From: Entomortierella parvispora E1425
Lineage: Eukaryota; Fungi; Mortierellomycota
Length of the DNA: 64,000 bases
Reading direction: 5' to 3'
NCBI GenBank assembly: GCA_020891255.1
Contig: BQFW01000002.1
Coordinates: 2,728,001 to 2,792,000, forward strand
In this document: piece by piece, positions 14,127-26,933 of the stretch
Layout of the letters: each line of letters starts with the position of its first letter
How positions within the stretch are numbered: the first letter of the stretch is position 1
Program-made: the position numbers and the translations under genes
The notes under the pieces: model-generated
Told to the model about the DNA's origin: nothing
Database searches by the model: none
The model's input: the letters and a program-made list of their open reading frames with translations, nothing else

Positions 14127-14603
14127 TTAACCCATCCAAGGGAAGGCACGGCGCATGTCACGTTCTGTTGGCCAAAGCTTGATGGTCTCCTCGGGCTTGC
14201 TGAGATCCTCTTCGTCTCTCAGGTGGGGCAAGACAATATCCGAGAGCTTTTCAAGCTCATCCACCAAGGTTGCCTTCTGACCCGAGAACTCAAGACCTTT
14301 TTGGTCGATGCCTTGTTGAGCCAACTTGCGGATTGTGTCGAGCGTATGATCCAACTCCTTATGAGAGTGGCTCCAATGCGAGATATCCGTCACGGCAGCA
14401 AAGGCTGGGAAGATGACAGCCTCTTCGAGATCGTGGTGACCTTGCAAGTGACGACAGAACTGAAGGATATTCCGGAGCGTAGTCGTCAGGGAAGCAGGCT
14501 GAGTGGTGTTAGGCAAAGTGTGGAGACAGTGCTTGAGCTCACGCCGGAGCCCGTTGTGGATGGCAACCAAATGATCCGAGTAGTATTGGTGGAAGCGCGA
14601 CAT
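14127..14603 (-). CDS. Hemerythrin/HHE cation-binding domain protein (158 aa, intronless)
   Basis: Four-helix pattern IHNGLRREL, HLQGHHDLEEAVIFP, SHKELD, LPHLRDEE with hemerythrin-like H/HxxxE ligands. Confidence 0.85.
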   Translation of the reverse strand: MSRFHQYYSDHLVAIHNGLRRELKHCLHTLPNTTQPASLTTTLRNILQFCRHLQGHHDLEEAVIFPAFAAVTDISHWSHSHKELDHTLDTIRKLAQQGIDQKGLEFSGQKATLVDELEKLSDIVLPHLRDEEDLSKPEETIKLWPTERDMRRAFPWMG

Positions 14604-16527
14604 GATGCAGTTAGATTGGTGCGTGAGGATATGAGGATGTGAATAGAAGGGACAAAGAGTGGAAGGACTTGAAAACTGCAAAGAAAGGGGACGGATTTTT
14701 TTTTCTCGCTGAAGATTATATTTTTTTTTCAGGAGGGCCGCTGCTCCTTTTATATTTTTTTCCGAGACGACATGGTTCTCCGAGAAGTTCTTTCTTCATG
14801 AGCAAGCATCATCCACATTGACACCTTTTCATTCCACCATCATCCACAACCATGTCAGCGACTTGTCCGAGTCGACGAAAAAATCCATCGCGGCAGCAAG
14901 TAAGAAGGCCGATTGTCCGAGTTTCACTTGGAGCAGGCTAGACTTGCAACTTTGCAGGAACCCCCACGCGCTGCGATTGGTTGCAGGGGAGGAGCGAATT
15001 GTAAGCAGGTCATAAGCCAAGCCACCGCCACTAAATTAAAGGTGCGGCCGCAGTCGGCGCACTGTGAGACTCGAGGTCGATTAGTGTCTCAGCATTTTTA
15101 CTCCTGGTTTCAACGGCGCCACAATGGACTATTGGACCTCATGGATCCAGGCGCCTGATGGACTCGTACCACAAAAATCTATGAAATGAAAAAAGACGCC
15201 GCGAGGCCAATAATTGTGGTCGAGGAGGGTGGTTGGAGGCGGTTATTGATGTGTATTCGGGACCCAAACGGGCTAGCGCAGATTGGATTGGCATCGAACA
15301 ATCATCAGGTTTATTGTTTCGAACGACTCGGAAAAAGGTGAGTGCAACTCATGCCTTGCGACCCCCTGTCGTCAACAGTTGCTTTTGAAACCACCAAGTA
15401 GCTTTGCGCGGATGTCGCCGCTGTGCAGCGATGTACCAGAGAAGGAAACAGGATACTTTTGTGGGATACCTCAGAAATGTTCAAGCGTCCTGCATGCAGA
15501 GCTGGTTCTTGCCCCTGCATAGGAATAGTCTTGCCCTGACCGTGGCGATTCTGATATTTAGTTACTGCTCTCTTCATTTCAAGGGACAGGAAGGGGATGG
15601 GGGCTTTGTCTTTCATTGTTATGTTGCTGTCTGTGTTCGGTTGCGAGCCATGCGATCCATATGCCATGGAGTACAAACATTGACCAACCCCAGAAACAAA
15701 TCGCCGAGAGACCAGAATTGCAGCAGGAGATTGTAAAAACAGCAGCGATGCACGGTGGCCGTGTGTAATCCAGCATGCAAATGGTAGGCCCCATCGCAAG
15801 CTCCACAGCAAGTCGATGGCATTGTAAGAGTAATAAAGGGCCTGTTTCCGTTTCCCGTTCCGCTTGCCTCCTGGTTCTGGGCTCAATTGTGCGAAGCGTG
15901 ATCTGCTCAGCGGAGCCTGTCTCCTTGAATTCTGTTACATGAAGGTCCTTGCCCAGCACCTCCTTTTCCCATTTGTGGCCGTTAAACATGCAACATGCAA
16001 TACAGTACTTGGGACACACACCATTGTCATTGTGAACGAACACTTTCTCCTCCATCTTTTAATCAAGTCCCGATAGCCCTGTTTGGCCCAGATTCAAGCT
16101 GGGCGGGTTGATTGTGTCTGGTTCATACATCTCTATTTTCTGTCTTCGGTTCTTTTTTTTACTCTTGTTGCCCTTCTCCTTCCCCCGAATCTCCTACTTC
16201 CTTCCTCCTCCCTGTCTTTCCATTTATCATCCCTGCTTGTATCTGGCCACCCCATACCCTGCCGCAACCACTATTTCACTCGCACCAACACAGCGCTCGC
16301 ATCCCATTCCACAAACACCGCTGTCATTGAGGAACGTTTATACACACCAACATCAACAACTCCATCATAATCCAACTACCTCTCCCTACTAAGCTCGCAT
16401 ACCTATCCTTTCCTGACCCATCATCATCACCCACATTATACTCACCAAACGCATGCTCGCTCTTTCATAACACAAAGGACACACGACTGTTGCAGGCGAC
16501 ATACTCTTGGCACTCGCACTTCCCCAC

Positions 16528-19500
16528 ATGAATTCCAGATCCGATCCAGATCCGTTCTGGTTCTCTTACGCTCCTCTCCCATCCTTCAGGAAACGATCTT
16601 GTTCACTATGCATACGATTCGCCATTGTCCTTCTGACGCTGGCATTCTCAGCGACGATAATGTTGAGCGAGGTCCTGGTGTGCACATGTCTCTTGATCTA
16701 CAAAGATTGGCCATATAAGCTGTTACACCGGGAATGGGCCTCTTCACACTCCACGACGACATCCTCCCTGACAACTGCTTCCATCTCTATTTCTTCGAGT
16801 CCTTCACTTCCTCCAGTGGTGCAGGCAATCTTTGACAGAGTCGCAGGCGCTGCAGGATGGGTGTCTCTTGGATCACTGGGACTGACGATTTGTGTTTTAT
16901 TGTGGGATTGGATCCAAGCACGATCAATTGTCGAGTCGGATAGTATCCTCCAAGCATTCCTCAATTCAGCCGCCTTCAGACTTTGGAGTATAAAGTCGTA
17001 TGCCCATTTTTGTTTGCTCTCCAGGATCAATTGGGGCGAAAACATTCGGCAGAGAGTGATGACGATGGTCTACTTTGGGATGCAAGGTACATACCAAAAT
17101 CAGGCACAAAAAAAAAAAAAAAAGTGCTCTGTGCTTTCACCTGATGGTTCTCATGTGCTAACACGAATTTGCTCTGTGGTGTCTACGGACGCGTGCTTTT
17201 GGATCTCACATAGGCTCCATTGCGGTTATTGTTGTTTTGCCAAGACTGGTAGTGTACGGGTGCATCCTGTACTCTGCCAGTCTGGTCCCCGACTTTGCTC
17301 TCTCTGCACAAGGGTTTCAGTCAATTGGACTTGCTGGATACACCAGTTTGGAGGGTGGACTTTTGACAAGCGTGCTTGTGGCCATAGCTGTTTCATCGGT
17401 GGTCCATGCTGTCCACCTCCTAAGAGTGACGCTTTGTGGGATTGCCTGTGCTTTGAGCGTGTGCTCTATCGGAAAGTACCGAAGGACTTTGATCAAGGAC
17501 TTGGAATCAAGGTAACAGGGACAATGCAAATCTCAGTCTTTTGAATGCAGCAATGTCTCCTGACTCAACAATATCTTCTGTGGAGTAGAATCTCAATCCT
17601 AGTTATGTCTGCCCAACAAAAAAGCGGCTCCTATCATCAAAGATTTGACCGAGATTCCAAGGGAAACGACGACTTGGCTCGAGGACGTCACTCTGAGGAT
17701 GACCCACACTTGATTGAGCAAGACTACACCAACTTCCACTCCTCGGAGAAAATCATTATGGGGCGAGAGATGTCGTCTATTTCTCATGGTCAGGACCAAC
17801 GCCTATCAGAGGATGAATTCCATCAGATTGATCTAGGAGCAGGAGGCAGTAGCCACGATCTTCTAGCTGACCTCACCCACAACCACTCTACCAGCCCCTA
17901 CGTGTCAACAGAGGTGCTGCCCATGGTCAGTCTTGGACTCACAGACTACAATCATGGACACCGCTCAGTCTTGAACACAGCTGCATCAGAGGCGCAGCCA
18001 ACTTCGTCTCAACAACGACAAGATCCTCCAACTGAAACTCCAACTCGATATTCATTGATGCCCCCAACATCCGCAGCAACTTCCAATAGCAGACTTGCTG
18101 CTCTATCATTTTATGATGATCTACTTAAGAGTATTAGCTCGGAGCGACAGATCCTGAGTTCATCCATGTCCAACTACGCATTGGCCTGTGATCGTGCCCA
18201 GAATCACAGGGAATCCCGCAACCTGTCTATCGGTTCGCCATCCATCGCCCTTTGTTCTTCAATTCCTCTATCCTATTCCAGCAATAGCGACTACGATGAT
18301 CGGACCGTAGGAGAGAGGCCTGTCCATCCATTCGATGTTGTCGCGTCTGTAGAAACTCAGAGACCCATGGATCTCTTGGGGTCGGGCGATCCAACCGACC
18401 ACATGAACACCAGGACTCTCAACTTTGGAGGGGGGGGTTATTATCGCCATGACCAGCTCGCCCGATGTGGCAGTTCGAACTCTCAATCACAAGAAACCAT
18501 TGAAAATTGGAGGATTCATGTCGCACCAAGCTCGCCAACAATCCCTGCCATTGAATATGACCTGGAAACCCGACCCGACGAAGACGATCAGGACTACATG
18601 GTGACCATGGATAGACGAGGCACTATTCCTATTGTTCTGTCGAGGCACCTCCAAGAAGAAACTACGGGACATCAGTTTGAGGACAACCAATTCTTTGATG
18701 CTGCAGATCTCCACATCCCTCGTCCACTCTACGCCATCAATCAGACCAGGACACAGAGACAAGGCAGCGTAAACAGCAGCATTGGAGGCTACAACTACTC
18801 CACCGCAGCCTCGTCGCCATCTCTTGCGGACTCTCTTTCAAACCCCATGTATCAGCAGCAATCCCTTGGAATGCTGAGCGGATGGACCTGTCCTAGGCCT
18901 TTCCCTCCTCGTAAAGGTTCACTGCCAAGCTCTATCAGTAGCTCGGTCTTTGATAGTGCTGCCGTTCGAGGAAGTCTGTCTGGACACAACCACCAACAGG
19001 CGCATTCACACCTGCCCCAGCATCTTGCTTCCTCCACTCCCCATCGTGCACGGACGCGAATGCCTAGCAACCTCAGTAATGTTGTCGACATGGCGCAGGA
19101 TCGATCCCATCCGCATCAGCAGCAGCGACCTCGAACCCATTTGCGTAGTCTGAGCCACGGTGCAGAGTCTAGCGGACGTATGAGCGGCTCATCTTGGGAG
19201 CAGCATGGTATTTTTGAGGATGCCCAGGTTGGCTACGCGACCCTGACAAACGTCCCCTCGGCCTCTGTCTCAAGATTGACGATCCAAGATCGTGAATTGT
19301 GCCGTCTTTCTAGCTCTAGCATCGATGGAAAGCCGTCCATAAGTCTACAGGAGGCTCTGATCATTGAAGATCATCGCACGAGCAGAGGCATTTCAGCTGC
19401 CCTTCCGCACTTTTCTCTCTATCAACACTCCGACTCTTTCGAGGGCGAGACCACAGACCAGTTCGTACATCCTCTGGATCTCTCCCCTCTGTCACTCCAA

Positions 19501-20142
19501 CCAGTCATGGAGTCCAGTAGGCAGCGGGAATATAACTATAGGGACCCTCGAGCACTGAACCCACCACAGCCGGCGGCGTGGGAGAACACCAGTGGCGGAA
19601 TTGGTCTTGGACTCTCCTTCGGATCCTTTGAACAGCAGGGAACAGTGAACCCTCGAGAAGACAATCACTCTACTATTATCACCCCAAGACCCATCATGGA
19701 GCAACCAGCTCCTCAGTGGATGCTCAATTGTTACGAAAGCAACGGACAGCCGTCCTTCGACGAGATGTATCGAGTCGAAGGAGACATGACGAACTACAAC
19801 TTTAATCGATTTATGACCCAGACTGATGAAATGAATACCCAACATCGCAAGGGGAACTATCCTGGTGACCCACAAACATCGGACTACAACGGTCATCAAC
19901 AGAGTCAACAACAGCAAGGCTATCATGACCATGACCATGACTATGACTATGACTATGACTATGACTACGACAACTCCAACTTCCTGGTTTATTATGAGCC
20001 ACAGCAACTGCAGCAACAACCGCAACAACATCCGCTGTATCATTCCACGGCACATTTCCCTCTGCAACAACATCAGCCATTTCAGCGGCAGCCTAGTCTT
20101 CGCAATAAGAAGAACCTGGTCTTGAACACCGCCGCCTTGTAA
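16528..20142 (+). CDS. Multi-pass membrane protein, probably of the fungal KCH1/Prm6 potassium-transporter-like family, with a very long disordered C-terminal tail
   Basis: TM helices plus WDWIQARSIVESDSILQAFLNSAAFRLWSIKSYAHFCLLSRI resemble the KCH family. Introns at about 17087-17213 and 17512-17588 join ORFs 16507, 17237 and 17545 in frame. Confidence 0.6.
19924..19971 (+). repeat. Coding hexanucleotide microsatellite (CATGAC)3(TATGAC)4TACGAC encoding HDHDHDYDYDYDYDYD
   Basis: Read directly from the sequence. Confidence 0.9.
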
Positions 20143-20777
20143 TTATCTAGAATCTCGTCTCCTTTGTATCCATTGTATTCTACTATACGTACTACAGAAT
20201 AAACCATTTTGTCACGACTAGAAAGGAGGTCCCGCAGGGCTTATTTCGTTTGGTAGTTGCTTTTGGGATATTGTATCAAGTGTATCAAGCTGCTGGCTCG
20301 TGATTTTCTGTGGAGATGGGTCGCACAGAGTAAAGTGAAGGTTTTTGTTTGTTTGTCTGCCTGTCTTCCTGTCTGCCCGACCGCGATAAGGGTGATCGAT
20401 CAGGGTGTTTTGTGGAGAGAGGGAGATGGATAAGCAGGAACGAACAGATTACGGGACCATCCCTCAGGGACAGACAGAAAGGCAGGGTGCCGTACTTGTT
20501 CTCTCCCCTTGGCACCTCCTTGGCCTTTCCCTTCGAAACGACTGTCCCCTAGCACACCAATCGGCCCACCCAAGGAAAACCACAGGGGATGGGCGAGTCC
20601 GTACCGCACCGACAAGAATGGTCCCACTTTCCCATCTTCACTTGACTTCTCGCTCTCCGTCGCGCCTTCTTTCTTTCTTTCCTTTCGCACAGCTTACATT
20701 TTCCTCAATCCTCTTCATCCTTACTACTTTTCTCCCTCGTCGCCCCAAGCCGAACTACTATCTAATCAAAGACCAGC

Positions 20778-22362
20778 ATGTTCACCCATAGCCGTAAGCT
20801 TGCCAGATCGACCATCGGAGTCTTGTCGGTCGCCGTCTCGAGACACCAGATGGCAAGACAAGGAGCATCCAGAGTAGCACCTCTTCATCATAACACACTT
20901 TCACGGGCGCAGGAAATAACAACTTTCAGAGCCACCAACAATAATGGCAGTAATCTCCGAAGAGTCTGTGCGGACGAGTCCTTTTCTTTGTCCTCTGTCT
21001 TTGATCCACCCAAGCAAATCTCACGCATCAACACGCACTATTGTCGAGAGCCTCAGTTGGTGATGATCGAGGGCTACGGCATTATTCAGGGAGAGATGGA
21101 CAAGAGTCGGCTCTTGACAAAGTACCTTAATATCCCTTTTGCAACCGTTCAGGACCCCAAAAGAGAAGCAGTTGCTCCAGAGCCCTGGGCTGGTATCAGA
21201 GATGCCACCGTCTTTGGGTAAGTAAGAGAAGAGGGGTTGACTTCTGCGCAAGAGAACTTTTGCGAAAGAGAGACACAAGCAACCTTCTATTTTTGACTCA
21301 TCTTTGTTTTTCCGACTTCCGCAACAAACAGACCCATGTGTCCGCAGACAAAGGAAGAATCGAACAGTTTGCAGACTTTGATGCTTGGGATCCCAGGACC
21401 TGGATTTGAATACTCAGAGAGAGACTGTTTGAATCTCAATATTTTTGCGCCTCGCTGTGTCGAGGGCGTGCCTGTGATCTGTTATATCCACGGAGGCCTC
21501 ACCAGAGGAGGGATCGCCCTTCCCAAGAATGGTAGGATAGCTGGAGAGACAGGGGCGAGATACAATCAACTGCAGCAGATTGGGCACGAAGAAAGGCTGA
21601 TTTCTGTGTTTTTGTCTACCTTCAAATACAATAGATGCGACCAATATCGTCCAAAAGTCAGTAGCCCGAGGCCGACCAGTAATCGTGGTAACAATCAATT
21701 ACCGTCTATTGCCCAACAGTGGACTACTTGAAAGCGGGTCCCATGCAAGAGGTGAGGCTGAGGACAACACAAACTGGGGACTCTATGACCAAAAAATCGC
21801 ACTTGAGTGGGTCCGGAAACACATCCACAACTTTGGAGGGAATCCGAATGAGATTACACTGATGGGTCATGCAGGCGGCAGGGGAGACTCAACAGTTACC
21901 TCTAGTGCTCCAAAATCTGGGTACCATATGATGACTCGGCCCAAAAGCGCCGCAGGAAGCAAAGAACACAGGTCGACGGCGTCGTCGTCCCGTTTTTTGG
22001 AAGACGAGCATCTATTCAAGCGGGCGATTATTCATTCTGAAGGACGATCTCCTACTGCAAAATCAGGCAAAAACGAAGACAAGAGACTTGCTGCTTCAAC
22101 AGAAACAGGATCAAAAGCTGCAGTCACTGCACAGGAGATGCAGATTTCTCTTGTGAGCCAGTTGACTCCTTGGGCCCAAAATATCACCGTGGGACTGGAC
22201 CGAATTGACTTTGAGGATGCGGATGGTGGTGTTGGGTTTTCGTTCATGTCGGATGCATGCCTCCCACATATGAGCAAGGATGAGAAACAGATTGGATTCC
22301 AGGTGATAGACCGGTGGATCGACTTTGCATGGGGACAGGAGGACAAGACCATAGATGCGTAG
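20778..22362 (+). CDS. Type-B carboxylesterase-like pseudoenzyme (455 aa; catalytic Ser and His absent)
   Basis: Exons 20778-21217, 21332-21531 and 21635-22362 give an uninterrupted frame. It has DCLNLNIF, YIHGG, VTINYRL, NWGLYDQKIALEWV and FGGNPNEITLMG, but GHAGG replaces GxSxG. Confidence 0.8.
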
Positions 22363-22612
22363 TGCAGAAACAATGAATGACACAATGAATGTAATCTTTT
22401 TCCCTTTCAATTGACCGCTACTTCCGGGGCTAAAGGACGCGTCCTGGACGCGTGAAACACCTCGTCTAATTTGAAAGGAATAAGGTGGAATGGGATTCGA
22501 GAGATTGCATCTCTTCCTGGGAATGAAAAGAATCTCTTCTTTTTGATCTTTTCCATTCTCATTCCCATTCCAATTGCATGCCTACGCCAACTCTCCATTT
22601 AAACAAATCAAC

Positions 22613-24602
22613 ATGAACGAACGTCGAATTCCTGCGTATGGTACTCTCAGGGGTACGATCGACAAAGACAAGTCCACTGTGCTCAAGTTTCTGAACGTGC
22701 CTTTTGGTCGAGTCACGAAGCGTTGGCGATCTGCAGAGCCCCCGCAGCCTTGGAAGGACGTACGCGATGCTACAAAGCAAGGGTAAAGCACCCCACTAGC
22801 ATCGACTCTCGCTTTGACGTTCCAATGATTCCTAACTCTGTTCGCGCTTGTACTCTAGTCCAATGGCGCCACAGCAGACGACGACTGATCCCCTCACTGA
22901 GCTACTGACAGGAGCACCAGAAAAGGACCCTGTCTACGAAAGCCTGTACAACGAGGAGAACTGCCTTAACCTCAATATTTACATGCCTGAATCAGCGACA
23001 AAGAACCCAGACAGTCGATTGCCCGTCATGGTCTTCTTTCACGGGGGTGGCCTCCGGACCGGAGGCAATGGTCTCAGTCTGTATGGTAAGAATGGAGCAC
23101 CCCAGAGTCCCTCTCCCATCTTGTCCAAGATCAAGGTGCCATCATACTCTTTCTGACGTGTTTTTGTTTTATCTTGTCCCCGTGTTTATTAGATCTGACA
23201 AACTTTGTAGCCGAGTCTGTTAGTCTTGGCCAGGAACTGATTGCCATAGTGCCCAACTATCGACTCAACTATTTTGGGTTCCTCGCTTCCAAAGAAATGA
23301 GAGTCGACTCAGGAGGGCAACCTTTTGGAAACTGGGGTCTTGAGGATCAAATCATGGCTCTAAAATGGATCCAAGAGAACGTGGAACACTTCAATGGCGA
23401 CAAAAACAATGTCACGGCGTGTGGTCAATCATCAGGTGCAACTTCGCTGGGGGCGTTAATGCTCAATCAACGCAGCTGGGGTCTCTTCCAGAAGGCGATC
23501 CTTCAGTCATCCGGAGTGACATCTGTTCCTGCAGGATATGTAGATAAGGAGGGCCAGTTGTACTTTGACCATCTTTGCAAAGTCCATCGGATCCCAAGCG
23601 ACCTCACGGACCAAGAAAAAGTGGACCGATTGAGAAAAGTTCCCGAGAAGGCGATGGCCCTGGAGTTAAACAAAGCAGAGGTTCAGGAATTCATGCCCTT
23701 TATTGATGGTTACTGGATCAAGGACGATGTCCGCTGGACAGTGAGTGATCCCTCAATGTACGATCCTAAGTTGCGATGGATCCTAGCAGGAAAGTGTCAT
23801 GACGACGGTAAGGGAAGGAGTCCAAGTGATTTTTTTTTTTTTTTTTTTTTTGAAATGAACTTCACCCCTCATCTCACTTTTGTCATTTTTGAAAATAGCA
23901 ACGGCTTTCTCAGATGAACTTGGTGGTCCAACACTGGAAACCTTTGCCAAGTTACGGAAACGACTGTGCCCACCTTCTGACTACGCTGTGTTTGATCGAC
24001 TCTACAAGGTCCCCAAGACCGATGCAGAGGCTCTTGCGTTGTCAGTCAGGATTGTCAATGATGGAGTAATTGCGTATCCAATCTTGGCCCACAGCTTGGC
24101 CTTTCATGGTCTGCGCCCCAATTGCCAACTCAGCCGATATCACTTTGATCGAACATTGGCCAAGGTCGATGCAGCAGTTCCGGAGCTTGGAGCCTTTCAT
24201 GGAGTTGATCTTGCCTACAATTTCGCACCGAATGTGGTTCTCAACAGCATGTCGAGTCAAGAAAAAGCATCTGTGGGCCAGGTTCAAGCCATATTTATCC
24301 GTTTCATCACTGCACCCCTTTCCCTCATACCAGACGAGGGATCTAAAGGGAAGAAGGACGATATATCGAAGTTGGTTCCGACAGTTACCTATGTAGTCCC
24401 GTCCAATGACTCCAAACACAAGAAGGATAAGAAGGAGGCGATATGGTTCAAGAGGGACTTCACGGTTGGTCGAACGGTTGTCGAGACATTAACTTCAGAG
24501 GAAATGGTCTTTTGGAGACGGTCCTACGCCTTTGCGGCTGAGAAGGCTCAAGAAGGTCATTCAACCGATTACGGATTCAGCATGTTCGATAAGCTTAAGT
24601 AG
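22613..24602 (+). CDS. Type-B carboxylesterase/lipase (alpha/beta hydrolase), predicted active
   Basis: ENCLNLNIY, FFHGGG, PNYRLNYFGF, NWGLEDQ, nucleophile GQSSG (23423-23437), acid in GKCHDD and His in AFHGVDL. Three introns. Confidence 0.92.
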
Positions 24603-24838
24603 CCCATAAAGACACATCCCATTTGATAGAAAGCAGAACAATAGACATCATGGGTGTTGTGGATGCCACGGCAGCCAGTTAGGGCTCAAAATGTCCCAAG
24701 ATATTGGCGGCTGAAAACATGAACTGGGGGTGCAGATTCATCACAGTGATAAGTGAGCCCTCCCCCACTACACATAAAAACACAAAGACCGACCAATGGC
24801 CCTTCATCTCTTTCACCTCCATTCCCCCTCCTCGAACT

Positions 24839-25900
24839 ATGGCAGAGCCTCATTCTCGATCATTTTGCGCGGCCGACTGCGTCTTTGAGCTGCCTGAGCC
24901 TCAAGGACCGATCAGCCGCCTCTTGAATATCGATGATCTTTTGCAGTATGTCTTAAGTCTCTCGAGCATGGAATCGGGAGTTTGGTCGACAGCTGTGGGG
25001 TTCATGCGATGACACCGCAAGGTCTTGGAGGAGGATCATCCAGCATGCATCTTATGGCGAATATTGTCTCCAGCCGATTGCAAAAGGCCTTGACCCCGCA
25101 AGGCCCTGGCGATGTTGTCAAAGTTCGGCCCACTAGTCCAACATCTTTTTAACAAGAGCACCATACACGGTTCATCTGTTCCTGGACATACACAGAGGTC
25201 GCTTGGAACATAATGGTGATGCCGAATGTGGGAGTGACAGACTTCCGCGGCTCAAATAAATCGCCCTCTGCTGTAAAGACTACCACAGAAATAGGATCTC
25301 CAGATACTGCCCTTACAATTTGAAAGGCGATCCAAGGATGCAGGATAAGACTAAAGATCCAGTCGAAGCCATACCTTTAGACGTGTTTACAGTCAAAGAC
25401 AGTGACCAGGGGATGCTGAATCACATGCGGGCCATTTGGTTACTCGTTCAAGACCATCGGGCTACCTTACGCTGACTTGCACAAGATTATTTGCAGTTTC
25501 TTGATGTGGGAACCATTGACCTTCGAAATGGATTTTAGAATGGATCGCTCCCTATCTGCGACACACTGGAGTTGACCTTGGAGACAGGGCTGGATCAACT
25601 CGCAACCCTGCAAGAGTTACGCTGCCTTGCGATTCAGAACGTCGACCATCATATGAGGGAGAAAGAGGCGAATGGATTGCATCTCACTGGCCAAAGTTCT
25701 CCCAGTTGAAGGGGTGTAAACCACAGGCGGTCAAAAATCAAACGAATCGCAAGAAGGAAATCCCAGAGGTTGAATGGCCAGACTCCCTTCGCCCATTCGC
25801 AACGCATTTGAAGCAACTCAAGCCGAGAACTGTCATTTGTGGCCATGAGTACGATGAAGAGGTATCTGATGCTGAACAGGCACTCCACAATAAAACTTTT
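24839..25900 (+). pseudogene. Degraded Mortierellaceae-type F-box/LRR gene
   Basis: N-terminal LLNIDDLLQYVL, then an in-frame TGA at 25010. LSKFGPLVQHL occurs in another frame. C-terminal LELTLETGLDQLATLQELRCLAIQNVDHHMREKEA continues as WIASHWPKFSQLKG only after a 1-nt frameshift at 25670/25671. Confidence 0.7.
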
Positions 25901-25937
25901 GTAGCAAGTACGGAGAGTTTTTTTTTTTTAAAAAAAT

Positions 25938-26933
25938 CTAAGTTCTCGTATCTCTTCCTTCTTCTTCGTCGCCGGTTTCGTCACTTTCATTGTACAGATG
26001 GTCTGTTTCAACCTCTTCTACGCAAAAATCTCCCGCCGCATATGCAACGACCAGCTCGGAAAGGACAAGGAATGCCCAAACAAACGTTAACACAAGGCGA
26101 GTTCGGAACAGCAAGCAGAAATTGCCTACTCCTGGTGCCGTTGCATTGTCGTTATTATCACCATCGCCGCCGAAACTGTTGTTGCTGCAGTCCCTTGTGA
26201 TCTGATCATGGTAAAGTTGATCTTGCAGCTGGACCATGTAAAGTACTGGCTTGTAGATGGTCAACGCCACGAGAAAGATGCTGGCAAGGACCCTGCAGAT
26301 GGTGTGGTAAAAGTTGTCGCGGACCCGAGGTTGGCTTCGATGTGTTGCTGTGGACAATTCCGCTTCTGATCTGGCCAATGGCGCAGTCAGTTGTTGTTGT
26401 GATTGCGATGAAGGCTGAAGAGCGATCGGAGCACAAGGGGGCAGTCCCGACGATACGTTTCTGCTCTCGCCTCGAAACCTTCGACCTCTTCCACATATTC
26501 CACAACCACGTCTCCTAACCATCCTTCTTGAATCCCGTCGTCTCTCGGAGGAGATGTCGCAGATCCAATAGGCAATCAAGAGTAGGGCTGCAAAGTCTGG
26601 AACTATAAGCATCGGCACAGTGTCTGAATACAAGGTGTCATGGAGTGCCTGACTTTGTTTCCAAGTAGGATGGAGATCTCTTGATTCCAAGTGAATGGAA
26701 GACGCCTGATCCCTTGGCTGGCGAGGATGATGAGGGTGGACTTGCTTTGGTACCTCTGATGTGTGATAGGGGCGAGTTTTTAGTTGCTGTTGCTGTCGTA
26801 TGCTGAGATATTGCATCTGACGTCCCAGAGTGTGAAGGTCCCGGATCAAGATTCCATCGAGTCCCAGGGTAGCTAGGACCGACAAGGCTATGATTAGTCG
26901 GAGTAATGTCTGAAAGATGATGCACTTTCTCAT
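25938..26933 (-). CDS. Four-TM (MARVEL-like) hypothetical membrane protein, 331 aa, intronless
   Basis: Four hydrophobic helices with long polar loops. C...C in the second outer loop is followed by RLVLTFVWAFLVLSEL. Confidence 0.7.
   Translation of the reverse strand: MRKCIIFQTLLRLIIALSVLATLGLDGILIRDLHTLGRQMQYLSIRQQQQLKTRPYHTSEVPKQVHPHHPRQPRDQASSIHLESRDLHPTWKQSQALHDTLYSDTVPMLIVPDFAALLLIAYWICDISSERRRDSRRMVRRRGCGICGRGRRFRGESRNVSSGLPPCAPIALQPSSQSQQQLTAPLARSEAELSTATHRSQPRVRDNFYHTICRVLASIFLVALTIYKPVLYMVQLQDQLYHDQITRDCSNNSFGGDGDNNDNATAPGVGNFCLLFRTRLVLTFVWAFLVLSELVVAYAAGDFCVEEVETDHLYNESDETGDEEEGRDTRT

Noticed and set aside
14800-16100. Overlapping Cys-rich ORFs (e.g. 15311-15886, 15579-16055)
   Set aside because: No family motif and atypical composition. 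An unrecognisable pseudogene cannot be excluded.
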